Shown piece by piece: positions 23,636-33,150 of a stretch of 64,000 nt of DNA (position 1 is its first letter; every line of letters begins with the position of its first letter). Origin of the DNA: a virus (taxonomy: Duplodnaviria > Caudoviricetes); the IMG/VR virus record IMGVR_UViG_3300046739_000039, positions 1-64,000 of that record; one strand, given 5' to 3'. The notes beneath the pieces are model-generated. The model was given only the letters and a program-made list of their open reading frames with translations. It was not told the origin of the DNA and searched no databases. The position numbers were made by a program, and so were the translations under genes.

Positions 23636-23711
23636 GCTCCTGTGGCCAAGTCTGGTGAAGGCAGCACTCTTATAAGGTGAAGACGCGTCGGTTCAAATCC
23701 GACCAGGAGTA
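23636..23711 (+). tRNA. tRNA-Ile(TAT)
   Basis: CACT-CTTATAA-GGTG; cloverleaf; A73. Confidence 0.8.
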
Positions 23712-23727
23712 CGTTAATGGAGAATAG

Positions 23728-24036
23728 ATGCGCGATATTACAATTGAGAACTTCAATGAGGTTCTTGAGTCCGACAAGCCCGTTCTAGTCGATTTCTGGG
23801 CTGAGTGGTGTGGTCCTTGTAAGATGATGACCCCCGTGCTAGAGTCTGTAGACAACGACAACGAGTGGTTGGATGTAGTAAAGATCAACGCTGATGAGCA
23901 AGCAGAGTTGGCTAAGCGTTATGACGTGGCATCAATTCCCACTCTTCTAATGTTTAAAAAGGGTAAAGTTGTTGAGTACCACGTAGGCGCCTTGCCAAAG
24001 TTCAAGCTACTTGGTATCATTAACGAACACAAGTAA
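23728..24036 (+). CDS. trxA: thioredoxin
   Basis: VLVDFWAEWCGPCK. Confidence 0.95.
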   Translation: MRDITIENFNEVLESDKPVLVDFWAEWCGPCKMMTPVLESVDNDNEWLDVVKINADEQAELAKRYDVASIPTLLMFKKGKVVEYHVGALPKFKLLGIINEHK

Positions 24037-24041
24037 ATCTA

Positions 24042-24113
24042 TCGCCTGTGGTGAAATGGTTATCACGAGACTCTGATAAAGTCTAATTCCAAGTTCAATT
24101 CTTGGTGGGCGGA
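24042..24113 (+). tRNA. tRNA-Ile(GAT)
   Basis: AGACT-CTGATAA-AGTCT. Confidence 0.85.
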
Positions 24114-24115
24114 CT

Positions 24116-24190
24116 GTGACCGTGCCAGAGTAGTCTAACGGGCCTGTCTGTGGAACAGGTATCTCGCGGGTGCAAATCCCGTCGGTCACC
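24116..24190 (+). tRNA. tRNA-His(GTG)
   Basis: CCTGT-CTGTGGA-ACAGG; C73; no encoded G-1. Confidence 0.85.
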
Positions 24191-24192
24191 CC

Positions 24193-24273
24193 GGTAACGT
24201 TGAGCAGGTGGTGGGCTCCAGAGACTGTAAATCTCTCGCTTCGGCCATGGGGGTTCGATTCCCTTCGTTACCA
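24193..24273 (+). tRNA. tRNA-Tyr(GTA)
   Basis: AGAGA-CTGTAAA-TCTCT. Confidence 0.9.
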
Positions 24274-24275
24274 CT

Positions 24276-24307
24276 GGCCCTACATGTTTGGGATGTAGGG
24301 CCTTTTT
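24276..24307 (+). terminator. intrinsic terminator
   Basis: GGCCCTACAT/ATGTAGGGCC followed by TTTTT. Confidence 0.8.
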
Positions 24308-24330
24308 CCTTACCCAAACTAAGGACCAAA

Positions 24331-24702
24331 ATGAATACTAAGAAACAAGGCGACATTGGTGTCGCTGCGGCTATACTGCACTTTACTGAATTAGGTTGGG
24401 CAGTATCAAAACCTCTAGCTGATAGTCAAAGATATGATCTAATTGTGGATGACGGCCTTGCGTTATTTCGAATAGAATGCAAGACTTCTGATTATATTCG
24501 CAATGGAAAATATGAAGTGAAGTTAGCAACAGCAGGAGGTAACCAATCATGGAATGGTGTCATTAAGCAGATATCAGCCAATGATTCTGATCTTCTCTTT
24601 ATCCGTACGACTGCTGGAGATCAATACTTGCTACCAACCAAACTAGTTGACGGGATGGGTTCCTTGACGCTAGGATCTAAGTACGAGGAATACAAGCTGT
24701 AA
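24331..24702 (+). CDS. PD-(D/E)XK endonuclease (group I intron-associated family), free-standing
   Basis: KQGDIG.AA...GWAVSKPLADSQRYDLIVD...RIECKT. Confidence 0.85.
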   Translation: MNTKKQGDIGVAAAILHFTELGWAVSKPLADSQRYDLIVDDGLALFRIECKTSDYIRNGKYEVKLATAGGNQSWNGVIKQISANDSDLLFIRTTAGDQYLLPTKLVDGMGSLTLGSKYEEYKL

Positions 24703-24733
24703 AAAGAGCCCCTGTCAGGTTGACGATGAGTCC

Positions 24734-24762
24734 TTGACAGGGGTTTTTCAATGTTCTAGGCT
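24734..24762 (+). promoter_or_regulatory. promoter for the RNA ligase, overlapping a terminator hairpin
   Basis: TTGACA-N17-TAGGCT. Confidence 0.7.
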
Positions 24763-24790
24763 GTACCACAACATCAACGAAGGAGGAGCA

Positions 24791-25846
24791 ATGAAGCTGT
24801 ACGATCTGTTCGGTTACCGAGAGTACATGTACATGCATGACCAGGGTTACGTTCGTGAGAATGCACACCCGACGCTTGATCTGGTTATCTATAACTATAC
24901 GGAAAAGGCGCAGTTCGACAACGAGTGGAACAACGTCACTACTCAGTGCCGTGGTCTTATCGCAAATTCGGCAGGCACAGTAATTGCGCGTCCATTCGAT
25001 AAGTTTCTGAACTATGAGCAGAATCCTGCTGATAAGCTTCTTATGGACTTCCCTGTTATAGCTACCGATAAGATGGACGGCTCTCTTGGTATCCTCTGGG
25101 ACTACAAGGATGAGCAGGGTATTGCAACTCGTGGTTCTTTCACTTCTGAGCAGGCAATTCACGCTACTGAATTGTGGAAGCGCAAGTATGGTTTCCGCAT
25201 TTCGGCTAACTGGACTTACCTGTTCGAGATCGTCTATCCCGCAAACCGTATTGTCCTGGACTACGACGAGATGGATGAGCTGGTTCTGCTGGGGGTACGG
25301 GACATTGAGGAAGGCGATGTGTTGCTTCCTAACGAGGTTCCAACGTGGCGGGGTCCCAAGACTCAGACCTTCCCCTACAAGACGCTCAGAGAGGCCCTGG
25401 AGGCCCCTCCGCGACCCAATGCAGAGGGCATGGTCGTCTACTTCCCGGACTTTCAGTACCGAATCAAGATCAAGCAGGCAGATTACATCGCTCTGCACAA
25501 GATTGTGACCGGTTTGACAGAGCGGCGAGTGTGGGAGAACATGAAGGAGGGTCAGACGCTCCAGGATCTGTGCGAAATTATTCCTGATGAGTGGCATGAC
25601 TGGCTTCGTGATACCTATAAGAAGATCCGTCAGGACTTTTTGCTCATTGACACCCTCGCGAAGAGTGACTATCGTCAGATTTGCGCAGCTCTGGAGCGGG
25701 ATGGGTTGCTAGGAGACCGAAAGGAGTTCGCACGCCTCGCAACCAGCAAGGAATGGACTGAATATCCTACCCTGGTATTCAATTTGCTGGATGGAAAGGA
25801 CACCACTGACCGTATCTACGGGATGATTCGTCCTACCGCAGAGTAA
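24791..25846 (+). CDS. RNA ligase, T4 Rnl1 (RnlA) family
   Basis: CRGLI, ARPFDKFLNY, motif I KMDGSL, ATRGSF, TYLFEI, EGMVV, KIK; AGGAGG RBS. Confidence 0.9.
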   Translation: MKLYDLFGYREYMYMHDQGYVRENAHPTLDLVIYNYTEKAQFDNEWNNVTTQCRGLIANSAGTVIARPFDKFLNYEQNPADKLLMDFPVIATDKMDGSLGILWDYKDEQGIATRGSFTSEQAIHATELWKRKYGFRISANWTYLFEIVYPANRIVLDYDEMDELVLLGVRDIEEGDVLLPNEVPTWRGPKTQTFPYKTLREALEAPPRPNAEGMVVYFPDFQYRIKIKQADYIALHKIVTGLTERRVWENMKEGQTLQDLCEIIPDEWHDWLRDTYKKIRQDFLLIDTLAKSDYRQICAALERDGLLGDRKEFARLATSKEWTEYPTLVFNLLDGKDTTDRIYGMIRPTAE

Positions 25847-26017
25847 CTAGGTTCTGTATACACAAAAAAGACTGGTCTAATGCTATCCTTATGGGGAAAA
25901 CAGCATTAGACCAGTCCATACACAACGAACTTGGGGCAGGAAATTTGGAGAAATGAATCGGGTGACATGATCTTTTGCTGTTGTCCTTTTCAAATCTAGC
26001 CCCCAAGTGAGTTGCTG

Positions 26018-26446
26018 ATGACACAACCAGAGACACCTACGTGGTCTGGGGCGGTACAGAGAGAACTAGACGGTTTGCAGCGAAATGTTGAAACTCGATT
26101 TACGGATTTTTCCAGCCGCCTGGACAGATTATTAACCCTAACTGAATACTACGCCGATAAGCGCTCATCTGATATCCAATTTAGTAACCTAAATGAAAAA
26201 GTAGAAGACTCTGAGCATGATATTGAGAATATAAAGAGAGATCTAAGAGAGTCTTTGGAGTCATTGAGACGCGATATTCAGGCGGAACGTGAAAGATATG
26301 AGCAAGCGATAGGCAGAGAAACCAACGCGCGACAGACACAGCACACCGGGTATCTGAAGGCTAGACAAGAACAATTTAGATGGTTAATGGCCATGGTAAT
26401 GATACCGATTGCGATTGCGGTAGTAGACCTGCTGGTACGTAAGTAG
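26018..26446 (+). CDS. coiled-coil protein with C-terminal TM helix (possible lysis or membrane protein)
   Basis: heptad-rich body with a hydrophobic tail. Confidence 0.7.
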   Translation: MTQPETPTWSGAVQRELDGLQRNVETRFTDFSSRLDRLLTLTEYYADKRSSDIQFSNLNEKVEDSEHDIENIKRDLRESLESLRRDIQAERERYEQAIGRETNARQTQHTGYLKARQEQFRWLMAMVMIPIAIAVVDLLVRK

Positions 26447-26514
26447 TAGACAACCAGATCTGCATAGTGTAGGATGTACTGCACTATGCAGATCTTTTCT
26501 ATTAAGGAGGCACA

Positions 26515-27501
26515 ATGCATTCCGTAACAGTCATTGCGGAACTGGAGATTCTTGCTAAGGTCGACCAGGATATCTTTGAAGTCCTGTGGAACAAGGAGAG
26601 TTACGGTAGAGCATCTGCGGCTAACCACCTTGGTACTTACAAGAATATTTCGGTATCTGAAAAGCTGATTCGCACATGGCGAGAGAAGCATATCCCTGTA
26701 ATTGCTCCGTCTGTTGATGTGAGTACCGGTTACAGTGGTGGTAAGACCATCGTGGTTATGCCTGACGTTCAGGCCCCTCTTCACGATGCTGAGCTTGTAG
26801 AGAAGTTCACAAGGTTCCTCGGAGACTTCCAGCCTACTGAGCTTGCTCAGGTTGGAGACTTCACAGATTCGACGGAGATTAGCAGGTGGGTACGTGGAAA
26901 GAAGCCCGAGTTTGCGGGAGACCTACAAGCCGGGTTCGATGCTTCCCGAAATATCCTTGAGAACATCCGAGAAGTATTCGATGGACGTATTCGTATCGTC
27001 AGGTCTAATCATGACGACCGACTTGAAATCTATCTGGAATCGTGTGCTCCTGGCCTTACAACACTACGAGCACTGACCCTGGAGAATCAGGCAGGTTTTG
27101 ACGAGTATGATGTAGAGTTCATCCGTGACGCGGTTGTAGAGCTTGCTCCCGGCTGGGTTATGGCTCATGGTGACGAAGGCTCTCTGAGCCCTTCTGGTGG
27201 TAAGACAGCCTTGGGTCTGGCTAAGAATAAGTTCGGTGTCTCTGTGGTCTGTGGTCATACACACCGTGCAGGTATTACGCCTGAGACCCTGGGATACAAT
27301 GGCGCAAACCAGCGCATCATCACGGGTATGGAGGTTGGCCACTTTATGGATATGGGCAAGGCTGACTACCTACGAAAGAAGGGCGCTACTGCTAACTGGC
27401 AGCAAGCCTTTGGAATTCTTCGTATTAAGGGAGATATCGTATCTCCTCAGTTGGTTCCTGTTATTGACGGCGAGTTTTGTGTGAACGGAGTTTGGTATTA
27501 A
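26515..27501 (+). CDS. calcineurin-like metallophosphoesterase
   Basis: PDVQ, GDFTD, SNHD, AHGD, GHTHR. Confidence 0.9.
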   Translation: MHSVTVIAELEILAKVDQDIFEVLWNKESYGRASAANHLGTYKNISVSEKLIRTWREKHIPVIAPSVDVSTGYSGGKTIVVMPDVQAPLHDAELVEKFTRFLGDFQPTELAQVGDFTDSTEISRWVRGKKPEFAGDLQAGFDASRNILENIREVFDGRIRIVRSNHDDRLEIYLESCAPGLTTLRALTLENQAGFDEYDVEFIRDAVVELAPGWVMAHGDEGSLSPSGGKTALGLAKNKFGVSVVCGHTHRAGITPETLGYNGANQRIITGMEVGHFMDMGKADYLRKKGATANWQQAFGILRIKGDIVSPQLVPVIDGEFCVNGVWY

Positions 27502-27502
27502 T

Positions 27503-27922
27503 ATGTACAACCCAATGAATGACGTCAAGGAATTCCATGACACATTCGCTCCAGACCAGCGAAATGACAGTTTCCTCGGTAAGACCCTACGTAGAACTGG
27601 TCTGATCACTGAGGAGTATCAGGAAGTAATTGAGGCTCTGGAGTTTCTGGAAGATACCTACTGTGGTATGACTTCTTTCAATCCTAAGGATGCAAAGGAG
27701 GAGGTTGCCAAGGAATTGGCTGATCTTCTTTATGTAGTCTATGGAACGGCTGAAGAACTTAACATTCCATTGCAGGAAGTATTTGAAGCTGTACATAAGT
27801 CAAATATGTCCAAGGCGAATCCGGATGGTACAGTTAGTCGTAATGAATTCGGGAAAGTTCTCAAGCCCGATACCTACGTCAAGCCGGATTTGAGTTTTAT
27901 CAATGACAATCGATTTCTATAG
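27503..27922 (+). CDS. MazG-like nucleotide pyrophosphohydrolase
   Basis: ITEEYQE...KELADLLYVVYG...VHKSNMSK...GKVLKP. Confidence 0.9.
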   Translation: MYNPMNDVKEFHDTFAPDQRNDSFLGKTLRRTGLITEEYQEVIEALEFLEDTYCGMTSFNPKDAKEEVAKELADLLYVVYGTAEELNIPLQEVFEAVHKSNMSKANPDGTVSRNEFGKVLKPDTYVKPDLSFINDNRFL

Positions 27923-28118
27923 ACGAGTATTCGATGAAGGAGACGTATGGCGAGAAGAAAGCTGGACAGCTCATTCTGCTCAGGAAGTCCCCTTTGATAT
28001 GACCGCTGAAATGCATGTCGCCTGTACTTACATGGATGGGCAGCATTATGCGGGACCACAATGTCCGCACGAGGAGCCTGATGAAATAGCTCCTGGTTGG
28101 ACAGCACAGCAACGATAA
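27903..28118 (+). CDS. hypothetical protein
   Basis: 71-aa ORF in operon, followed by a terminator. Confidence 0.5.
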   Translation: MTIDFYRRVFDEGDVWREESWTAHSAQEVPFDMTAEMHVACTYMDGQHYAGPQCPHEEPDEIAPGWTAQQR

Positions 28119-28178
28119 GATAACCCCGGCCCTGTAGTATAGGGTTCGGGGTTATTTTTATTTGAAAAAGGAGATCCT

Positions 28179-28634
28179 ATGCCACGCAGAAAGCCCAGTA
28201 ACAGAGTCCCTAGAATTCAGCCGCAGACCAGGAGAGCGGGTTCAGCATGGGATAACACATTCCTTGGTAACGTCCCTCAGGCAAACCAGGTGACTCCGTC
28301 ATCTTATATCGATCTGAATGCTACGCGTGACCGTGCGGCACACTTGACCGACGAGAGATTATCACAAGAAATTGTTATGGCTCTTAATGGTGACGACGAA
28401 GAACTGTTACCATATCAGCCAACACCTACTATTAATCCTGGAAGACCGCGTACATTAGCAGCAGGATATGATGAAAGAAGCCAGTCTCTTCGTATAAAAT
28501 TCAGAGACGGGCCTTACTATACTTATTACAATGTTCCACCCTCTGTTTGGTGGAAGTTCCAAAGAGCCCAGTCTCCAGGAAGATTTATCAATACGACACT
28601 TAACCGATTCCCTTACTCAAGAGGTTTGACTTGA
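28179..28634 (+). CDS. KTSC-domain protein
   Basis: AGYDE....L.IKFRDG..Y.YYNVP..VW..F..AQSPGRFIN. Confidence 0.85.
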   Translation: MPRRKPSNRVPRIQPQTRRAGSAWDNTFLGNVPQANQVTPSSYIDLNATRDRAAHLTDERLSQEIVMALNGDDEELLPYQPTPTINPGRPRTLAAGYDERSQSLRIKFRDGPYYTYYNVPPSVWWKFQRAQSPGRFINTTLNRFPYSRGLT

Positions 28635-28981
28635 TTCACAATAAGAAGCATGATTTAGGACCATTATTTTGGCACACTATTCGACTACAGAAGAAGTCAG
28701 CTATTTTCCACCGGTATCCTTCCCATGAGGTTGAAGCACCATACCGGTGGTCCAACTCACTTATCATCCGTATCCCGTGGTGCCGTCTAGGGCTTGTAGT
28801 GGGCCTCTGGCGCTCTACAGACAGGTCAGAGGAGCAGATGCTCCTTGACGCCCTGGAAGGTCGTCAGATCAGCGACAACGAGTTTTCGGATGCTGAGAAG
28901 GCGCATATACGTCGTACCATGATTAAGAATCAATTTTCGGCAGAACAACAGGAACTACTAGTAGACGCATTGGACATTTAA
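28631..28981 (+). CDS. hypothetical protein
   Basis: coupled ORF with GAGG RBS. Confidence 0.7.
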   Translation: MIHNKKHDLGPLFWHTIRLQKKSAIFHRYPSHEVEAPYRWSNSLIIRIPWCRLGLVVGLWRSTDRSEEQMLLDALEGRQISDNEFSDAEKAHIRRTMIKNQFSAEQQELLVDALDI

Positions 28982-29250
28982 TGTTTAGACGATTCGTAAA
29001 ACCAAAGACTGACGAGAAGATCAAACTACGACTATTGAATAGACTTCGCAGAGTATCCGACCAAGAACTAGTCCGCTGGATTGACAATATCCACACAGGA
29101 CTGGGACGCAACGTTTCGGAAATGCGAAAGAGCCTCACCCATGAAGACACGAGTGAGGCTCTAACATATATAGATGACTCTAGACAAGGCGCAGTATCTT
29201 TGCTTGCTGCTCTCCAAGTGATGGAAGAGCGTATTACCAAACTCGGATGA
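28981..29250 (+). CDS. hypothetical helical protein
   Basis: coupled ORF (TAATG). Confidence 0.7.
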   Translation: MFRRFVKPKTDEKIKLRLLNRLRRVSDQELVRWIDNIHTGLGRNVSEMRKSLTHEDTSEALTYIDDSRQGAVSLLAALQVMEERITKLG

Positions 29251-29473
29251 CGCAGACAATGTAGTATCCAATCAACCCAATGATGACTGCTCGGAGTAGC
29301 TTAACAAGCAATCCGATAAGAGGACTGGTATTGAACCAGCGACCGAAACGTGTGTTGTCTAGCTGGGAACCTACGTAGGCACCTGCGACAGTAATGGCAG
29401 CCACCTTGAGGAAGTCGTGCATGTTTGAGTGGGGCTCTGGTATATCCCACAGCCCGTTGTCGTCCTGATACAT
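29234..29473 (-). CDS. small membrane protein, antisense to the late operon
   Basis: AAGGAG RBS; own promoter TTGACA-N17-TATGGT at 29506-29534. Confidence 0.7.
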   Translation of the reverse strand: MYQDDNGLWDIPEPHSNMHDFLKVAAITVAGAYVGSQLDNTRFGRWFNTSPLIGLLVKLLRAVIIGLIGYYIVCVIRVW

Positions 29474-29578
29474 TCTGGTCTCCTTAAGTAGTTGGTATTG
29501 ATCACACCATAGCGACAGTACCCCAAGATGTCAACTCAGGTACAATATAACTATTGAGAAACTAATCTGGAGAATGAT

Positions 29579-31153
29579 ATGACTACTGAAATTGACCTAG
29601 ATGAATTAACAGCAGAAGAGCTTGATGCTCATAGTAAGACTACTATTGATCTAGATCCTAGAACTCAGGCATTTGTGGATGCCCTTGTAGAACGACTGCT
29701 TGTATTTGCTGATGAATTGTCTGGGCACCCTCTTTATGGGTATCAGCGTCCCTTCGCCGCCAGACTTATGGAATCAGTTATTATCAATGACGGTGCAACA
29801 GTTACAGCCTTGTTCTCCCGTCAGTCCGGAAAGACTGAGACGGTAGCGGCTACTGTAGCAACCCTTATGATTATGTTACCCAGACTCGCCAAGATTGAAC
29901 CATTCAATGAACTGTTGGATGACTTTAAGGAAGGCGTCTGGGTAGGAGCGTTTGCGCCCGTAGATGACATGGCTAAGACTCTTTACTCTCGTATCATTTC
30001 CATGTTTGAATCTGAGCGGGCTAAAGAGATCCTTGCTGATCCATCCATTGATGAGAAGGTAAGAGGCCGTGGGGCCGAGATGAAGCTAGAACGCTGTGGC
30101 TCTCTGGTACGTCGTCAGACTGCTCACCCTCGTGCGAACATTGAAGGTAAGACCTATCACATCGCTCTCCTGGATGAGTCACAGGTAGCTGATCAGAAGG
30201 TTGTCGACAAGTCTATCCGCCCCATGCTTGCGTCTACTAACGGAACCTTCTGTATGACAGGAACTCCTACGTATGAAAAGGGAGTATTCTACCGAGAAAT
30301 CCAGCATAATAAGCGCAATGCTACTAAGCGTGGGGCTCGTACCAACCACTTCCAAGCCGACTATCGAGAAGTATCCAAGTGGAACAAGCGATATGAAAAG
30401 GCTGTTGCAGGTGACATGCTTCGTATGGGATACGAGTCTGATGAATTCAAGCTCTCCTATCGACTGCTCTGGCTCCTGGAACAAGGAATGTTTACCACCT
30501 CTGAGCGTCTTGATGAGCTTGGAGATAAGACAATGCAGATTGTCAAGAGCTATTACACGACCCCTATCATTGTTGGTATTGATCCTGCCCGAAAGATCGA
30601 CAGCACTATCGTTACCGCTGTATTCGTAGACTGGGATCACCAGGACGAATATGGATACTACAATTGCCGCGTACTTAACTGGCTGGACCTACAAGGAATG
30701 GACTGGGAATCCCAGTATCATAGAATTGTTGAGTTTGTATCCAAGTACAATGTGTGGGCTATCGGAGTAGACGTAGGTGGAATGGGAGACATCTTTATCT
30801 CCAGATTGCGAGTACTACTACCACACATCGAAATTGTAGATGTATCCTCACAACGTCCTGCCCAATCGGACAGGTGGAAGTATCTACGTGAAATGCTGGA
30901 TAGAGCCAAGATCGGTTGGCCTGCTCATGCTAAGACACGAAATCTAAGAACCTATCGAAACTTCGTACAACAGATGTCTGACCTTCAGGTTAAGTTTGAA
31001 GGACCCTATATGCTGGCAGAAGCTCCGAAGGAAGTAAACGCGCATGACGACTACTGCGACTCTTTGGCAATAGCACTGAGTGTCATTCCTGAGAATCTAA
31101 ATGAAGAGGTCGAGATTTCAAATAACCCCTTTTATGATAGAAAGCGTAGTTAG
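29579..31153 (+). CDS. terminase large subunit
   Basis: YQR, Walker A SRQSGKT, Walker B LLDESQ, GTP, nuclease GIDPA...HDDYCDS. Confidence 0.95.
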   Translation: MTTEIDLDELTAEELDAHSKTTIDLDPRTQAFVDALVERLLVFADELSGHPLYGYQRPFAARLMESVIINDGATVTALFSRQSGKTETVAATVATLMIMLPRLAKIEPFNELLDDFKEGVWVGAFAPVDDMAKTLYSRIISMFESERAKEILADPSIDEKVRGRGAEMKLERCGSLVRRQTAHPRANIEGKTYHIALLDESQVADQKVVDKSIRPMLASTNGTFCMTGTPTYEKGVFYREIQHNKRNATKRGARTNHFQADYREVSKWNKRYEKAVAGDMLRMGYESDEFKLSYRLLWLLEQGMFTTSERLDELGDKTMQIVKSYYTTPIIVGIDPARKIDSTIVTAVFVDWDHQDEYGYYNCRVLNWLDLQGMDWESQYHRIVEFVSKYNVWAIGVDVGGMGDIFISRLRVLLPHIEIVDVSSQRPAQSDRWKYLREMLDRAKIGWPAHAKTRNLRTYRNFVQQMSDLQVKFEGPYMLAEAPKEVNAHDDYCDSLAIALSVIPENLNEEVEISNNPFYDRKRS

Positions 31154-31200
31154 CTGATATCATAATAAACAACACTAGTGTTTTAACTTAAGGAAACAAT

Positions 31201-31638
31201 ATGGCAGAAATGTACCAGGAGGCCGGACGCGCAGCACAACTAGCTCCCGCTCCTAGATTCCCTGAAAGAGATCGTGGCGCTGTCAATTATGAAGCAAAGG
31301 GCGCTGCGAATCCCGAGCGTCGTGGACCACTCCGTTTTGAAGAGGGTATTGCTACTGACACCGACGTTCCTAATGACTTCCAACTAGGTGCTATGCAGGG
31401 ATACCGCACAGCTCCCGGACGTCCTAACCACAACCTGAACGTATTCGAGAAGCCAGCCGCTGAGACAATGCGTGAGCGTGCTCACGTAGGTTCTGCCGCA
31501 TGGATTGATTCTGCTGGTATGACTGGTGAGTTTATGCACGGAGTCAATGTAGACGCTAACGCTGCTCGTAGATTCGAAGAGGTTAACCGTAGTGGTGGAC
31601 GTTACGAGCGTCTACACGGAGCGGTAATCACTGACTAA
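31201..31638 (+). CDS. hypothetical virion-module protein
   Basis: AAGGA RBS; position in the module. Confidence 0.8.
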   Translation: MAEMYQEAGRAAQLAPAPRFPERDRGAVNYEAKGAANPERRGPLRFEEGIATDTDVPNDFQLGAMQGYRTAPGRPNHNLNVFEKPAAETMRERAHVGSAAWIDSAGMTGEFMHGVNVDANAARRFEEVNRSGGRYERLHGAVITD

Positions 31639-31841
31639 TGAATAGTGATATCCAGAATAGATTTACTTTCCATCCCGCTACTCCAACCACCGCGTCTCTA
31701 TACGAAGCTATGCGCGCGAAGGCTCTGGAGTTAGCGGCATGGATGGACGAGAATGCTCCCGAGAGTCGTGAGCTTTCTCTTGCTTTGACCAACTTAGATC
31801 AAGCGGTCATGTGGTTCAATGCCGCAGTCGCAAGAAATTAA
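31638..31841 (+). CDS. small protein resembling the Acb2/Tad1 cyclic-nucleotide sponge family
   Basis: RFTFHP...SRELSLALTNLDQAVMWFNAAVARN resembles the Acb2/Tad1-type hairpin motif (recalled, not searched). Confidence 0.55.
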   Translation: MNSDIQNRFTFHPATPTTASLYEAMRAKALELAAWMDENAPESRELSLALTNLDQAVMWFNAAVARN

Positions 31842-31850
31842 GGAATTGAT

Positions 31851-32147
31851 ATGAGTTTTGTTCAGGAACTAGAGGCAAAGTTTGCTGGACTTAAGGACAA
31901 GGCTGAGGATGACCTTCACGCTCTTGTACTAAAGTTAGAGGCTATTTTCCACCGTGTACATCAAGCACAGTTGGCAGAAGGTCTAAAGCAAGCATTGTCT
32001 GCTGACATCCACGCTGCTGTCTCCCACGCTGAGGTTGTAGCTGGAGGGCTGCAATCTGACGTTAAGAAAGCAGCTTCCGGAGCTGTTAAGGTTGTAGAAG
32101 AGGCTGTAGAAGCTGAGACTTCAACTAGAACATCTCGTCGCAAGTAA
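31851..32147 (+). CDS. hypothetical helical protein
   Basis: AAGGA RBS. Confidence 0.75.
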   Translation: MSFVQELEAKFAGLKDKAEDDLHALVLKLEAIFHRVHQAQLAEGLKQALSADIHAAVSHAEVVAGGLQSDVKKAASGAVKVVEEAVEAETSTRTSRRK

Positions 32148-32175
32148 TTAACCCTATCTACATTGGACGTGAATT

Positions 32176-32559
32176 ATGGCCGTACGCTCAACCAGCGGAA
32201 CACTTACTGGTGGTGCCGCTCTTAACACCACGCTCACCTCTTGGGAGAAGTTCGTAGTAGTTACCGTAACTAACGGTGCTACCGCAGGACGACTATCTGT
32301 TACTACAGATGGAACTACTCCTACTCTAGGTGGAGCGGATACAACTACCGTCAGCGTTGGAGCTAACGCAACTGTTGCTCTAGTAGTGAAGAATCGTCTT
32401 CCTGCTCCAGAGTTGACAACTTCAACACCTCTTGCTACCGACCCGTCTGCCGTACCTGTATTCGGTACTGCGCAAAGCAAGGTAGGTCTGATCTCTGACC
32501 AGCCTCTTGCTTACAACATCTCTGTTGTTGAAGACGGCGGAACTAGCGTAATTTACTAA
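32176..32559 (+). CDS. putative virion decoration protein (paralogue of 32772-33074)
   Basis: Thr-rich; SGTL...TDG..P...LISD motif shared. Confidence 0.7.
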   Translation: MAVRSTSGTLTGGAALNTTLTSWEKFVVVTVTNGATAGRLSVTTDGTTPTLGGADTTTVSVGANATVALVVKNRLPAPELTTSTPLATDPSAVPVFGTAQSKVGLISDQPLAYNISVVEDGGTSVIY

Positions 32560-32569
32560 GGAATCCAGC

Positions 32570-32764
32570 GTGACAGTCTTCTATGACAGACGTAGCGCTG
32601 TGTATAACGAACTGTCCGGAGATACCGTTGAATTTATCACTGGTATCTCCGGACAGAATGATTCAAGTACTTATGGATACAGTGGTGGTAAATTACCCCC
32701 ACTTAGCGCTACTATGCCCAAGTATCCTCTAGACCAGACTACCTCCGTAGTTGACATGAGATAG
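32570..32764 (+). CDS. hypothetical protein
   Basis: AAGGA RBS, GTG start. Confidence 0.65.
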   Translation: MTVFYDRRSAVYNELSGDTVEFITGISGQNDSSTYGYSGGKLPPLSATMPKYPLDQTTSVVDMR

Positions 32765-32771
32765 GAAAGCT

Positions 32772-33074
32772 ATGGCAGCAACTAGAGCAAAGTCAGGAAC
32801 GTTAACTATTAACACAGTTGCGCCTGTTAACTTTCCACAATACTTTGCTAATATTACAATTATTCACCGAGGCACTACAGGAACTATCTGGCTCCGTACA
32901 GATGGTGTAGCTCCTGTAGCCTTAGCGGATGACAACTTCCCGGTACTACCAGGGCAAGCTGCATCATTCCCTAATGGAATTCTTACACAAGAACCTATCA
33001 CCAGATCTATTAGTGGAACTAGTGTCCAACTAATCTCTGACACAGCAGTTCCATACACCGTGTACTGTTCTTAG
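32772..33074 (+). CDS. putative virion decoration protein
   Basis: paralogue of 32176-32559. Confidence 0.7.
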   Translation: MAATRAKSGTLTINTVAPVNFPQYFANITIIHRGTTGTIWLRTDGVAPVALADDNFPVLPGQAASFPNGILTQEPITRSISGTSVQLISDTAVPYTVYCS

Positions 33075-33150
33075 TCGGGTAACATTTAGAATTAAGTTTC
33101 GTGATACCCTATACGCATAGAGACACTAATTCGAAGAATCAGGTAAATAC

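Noticed and set aside
24331-24702. Group I intron around the PD-(D/E)XK endonuclease
   Set aside because: The gene is flanked directly by terminators, with no interrupted host gene or intron core visible.
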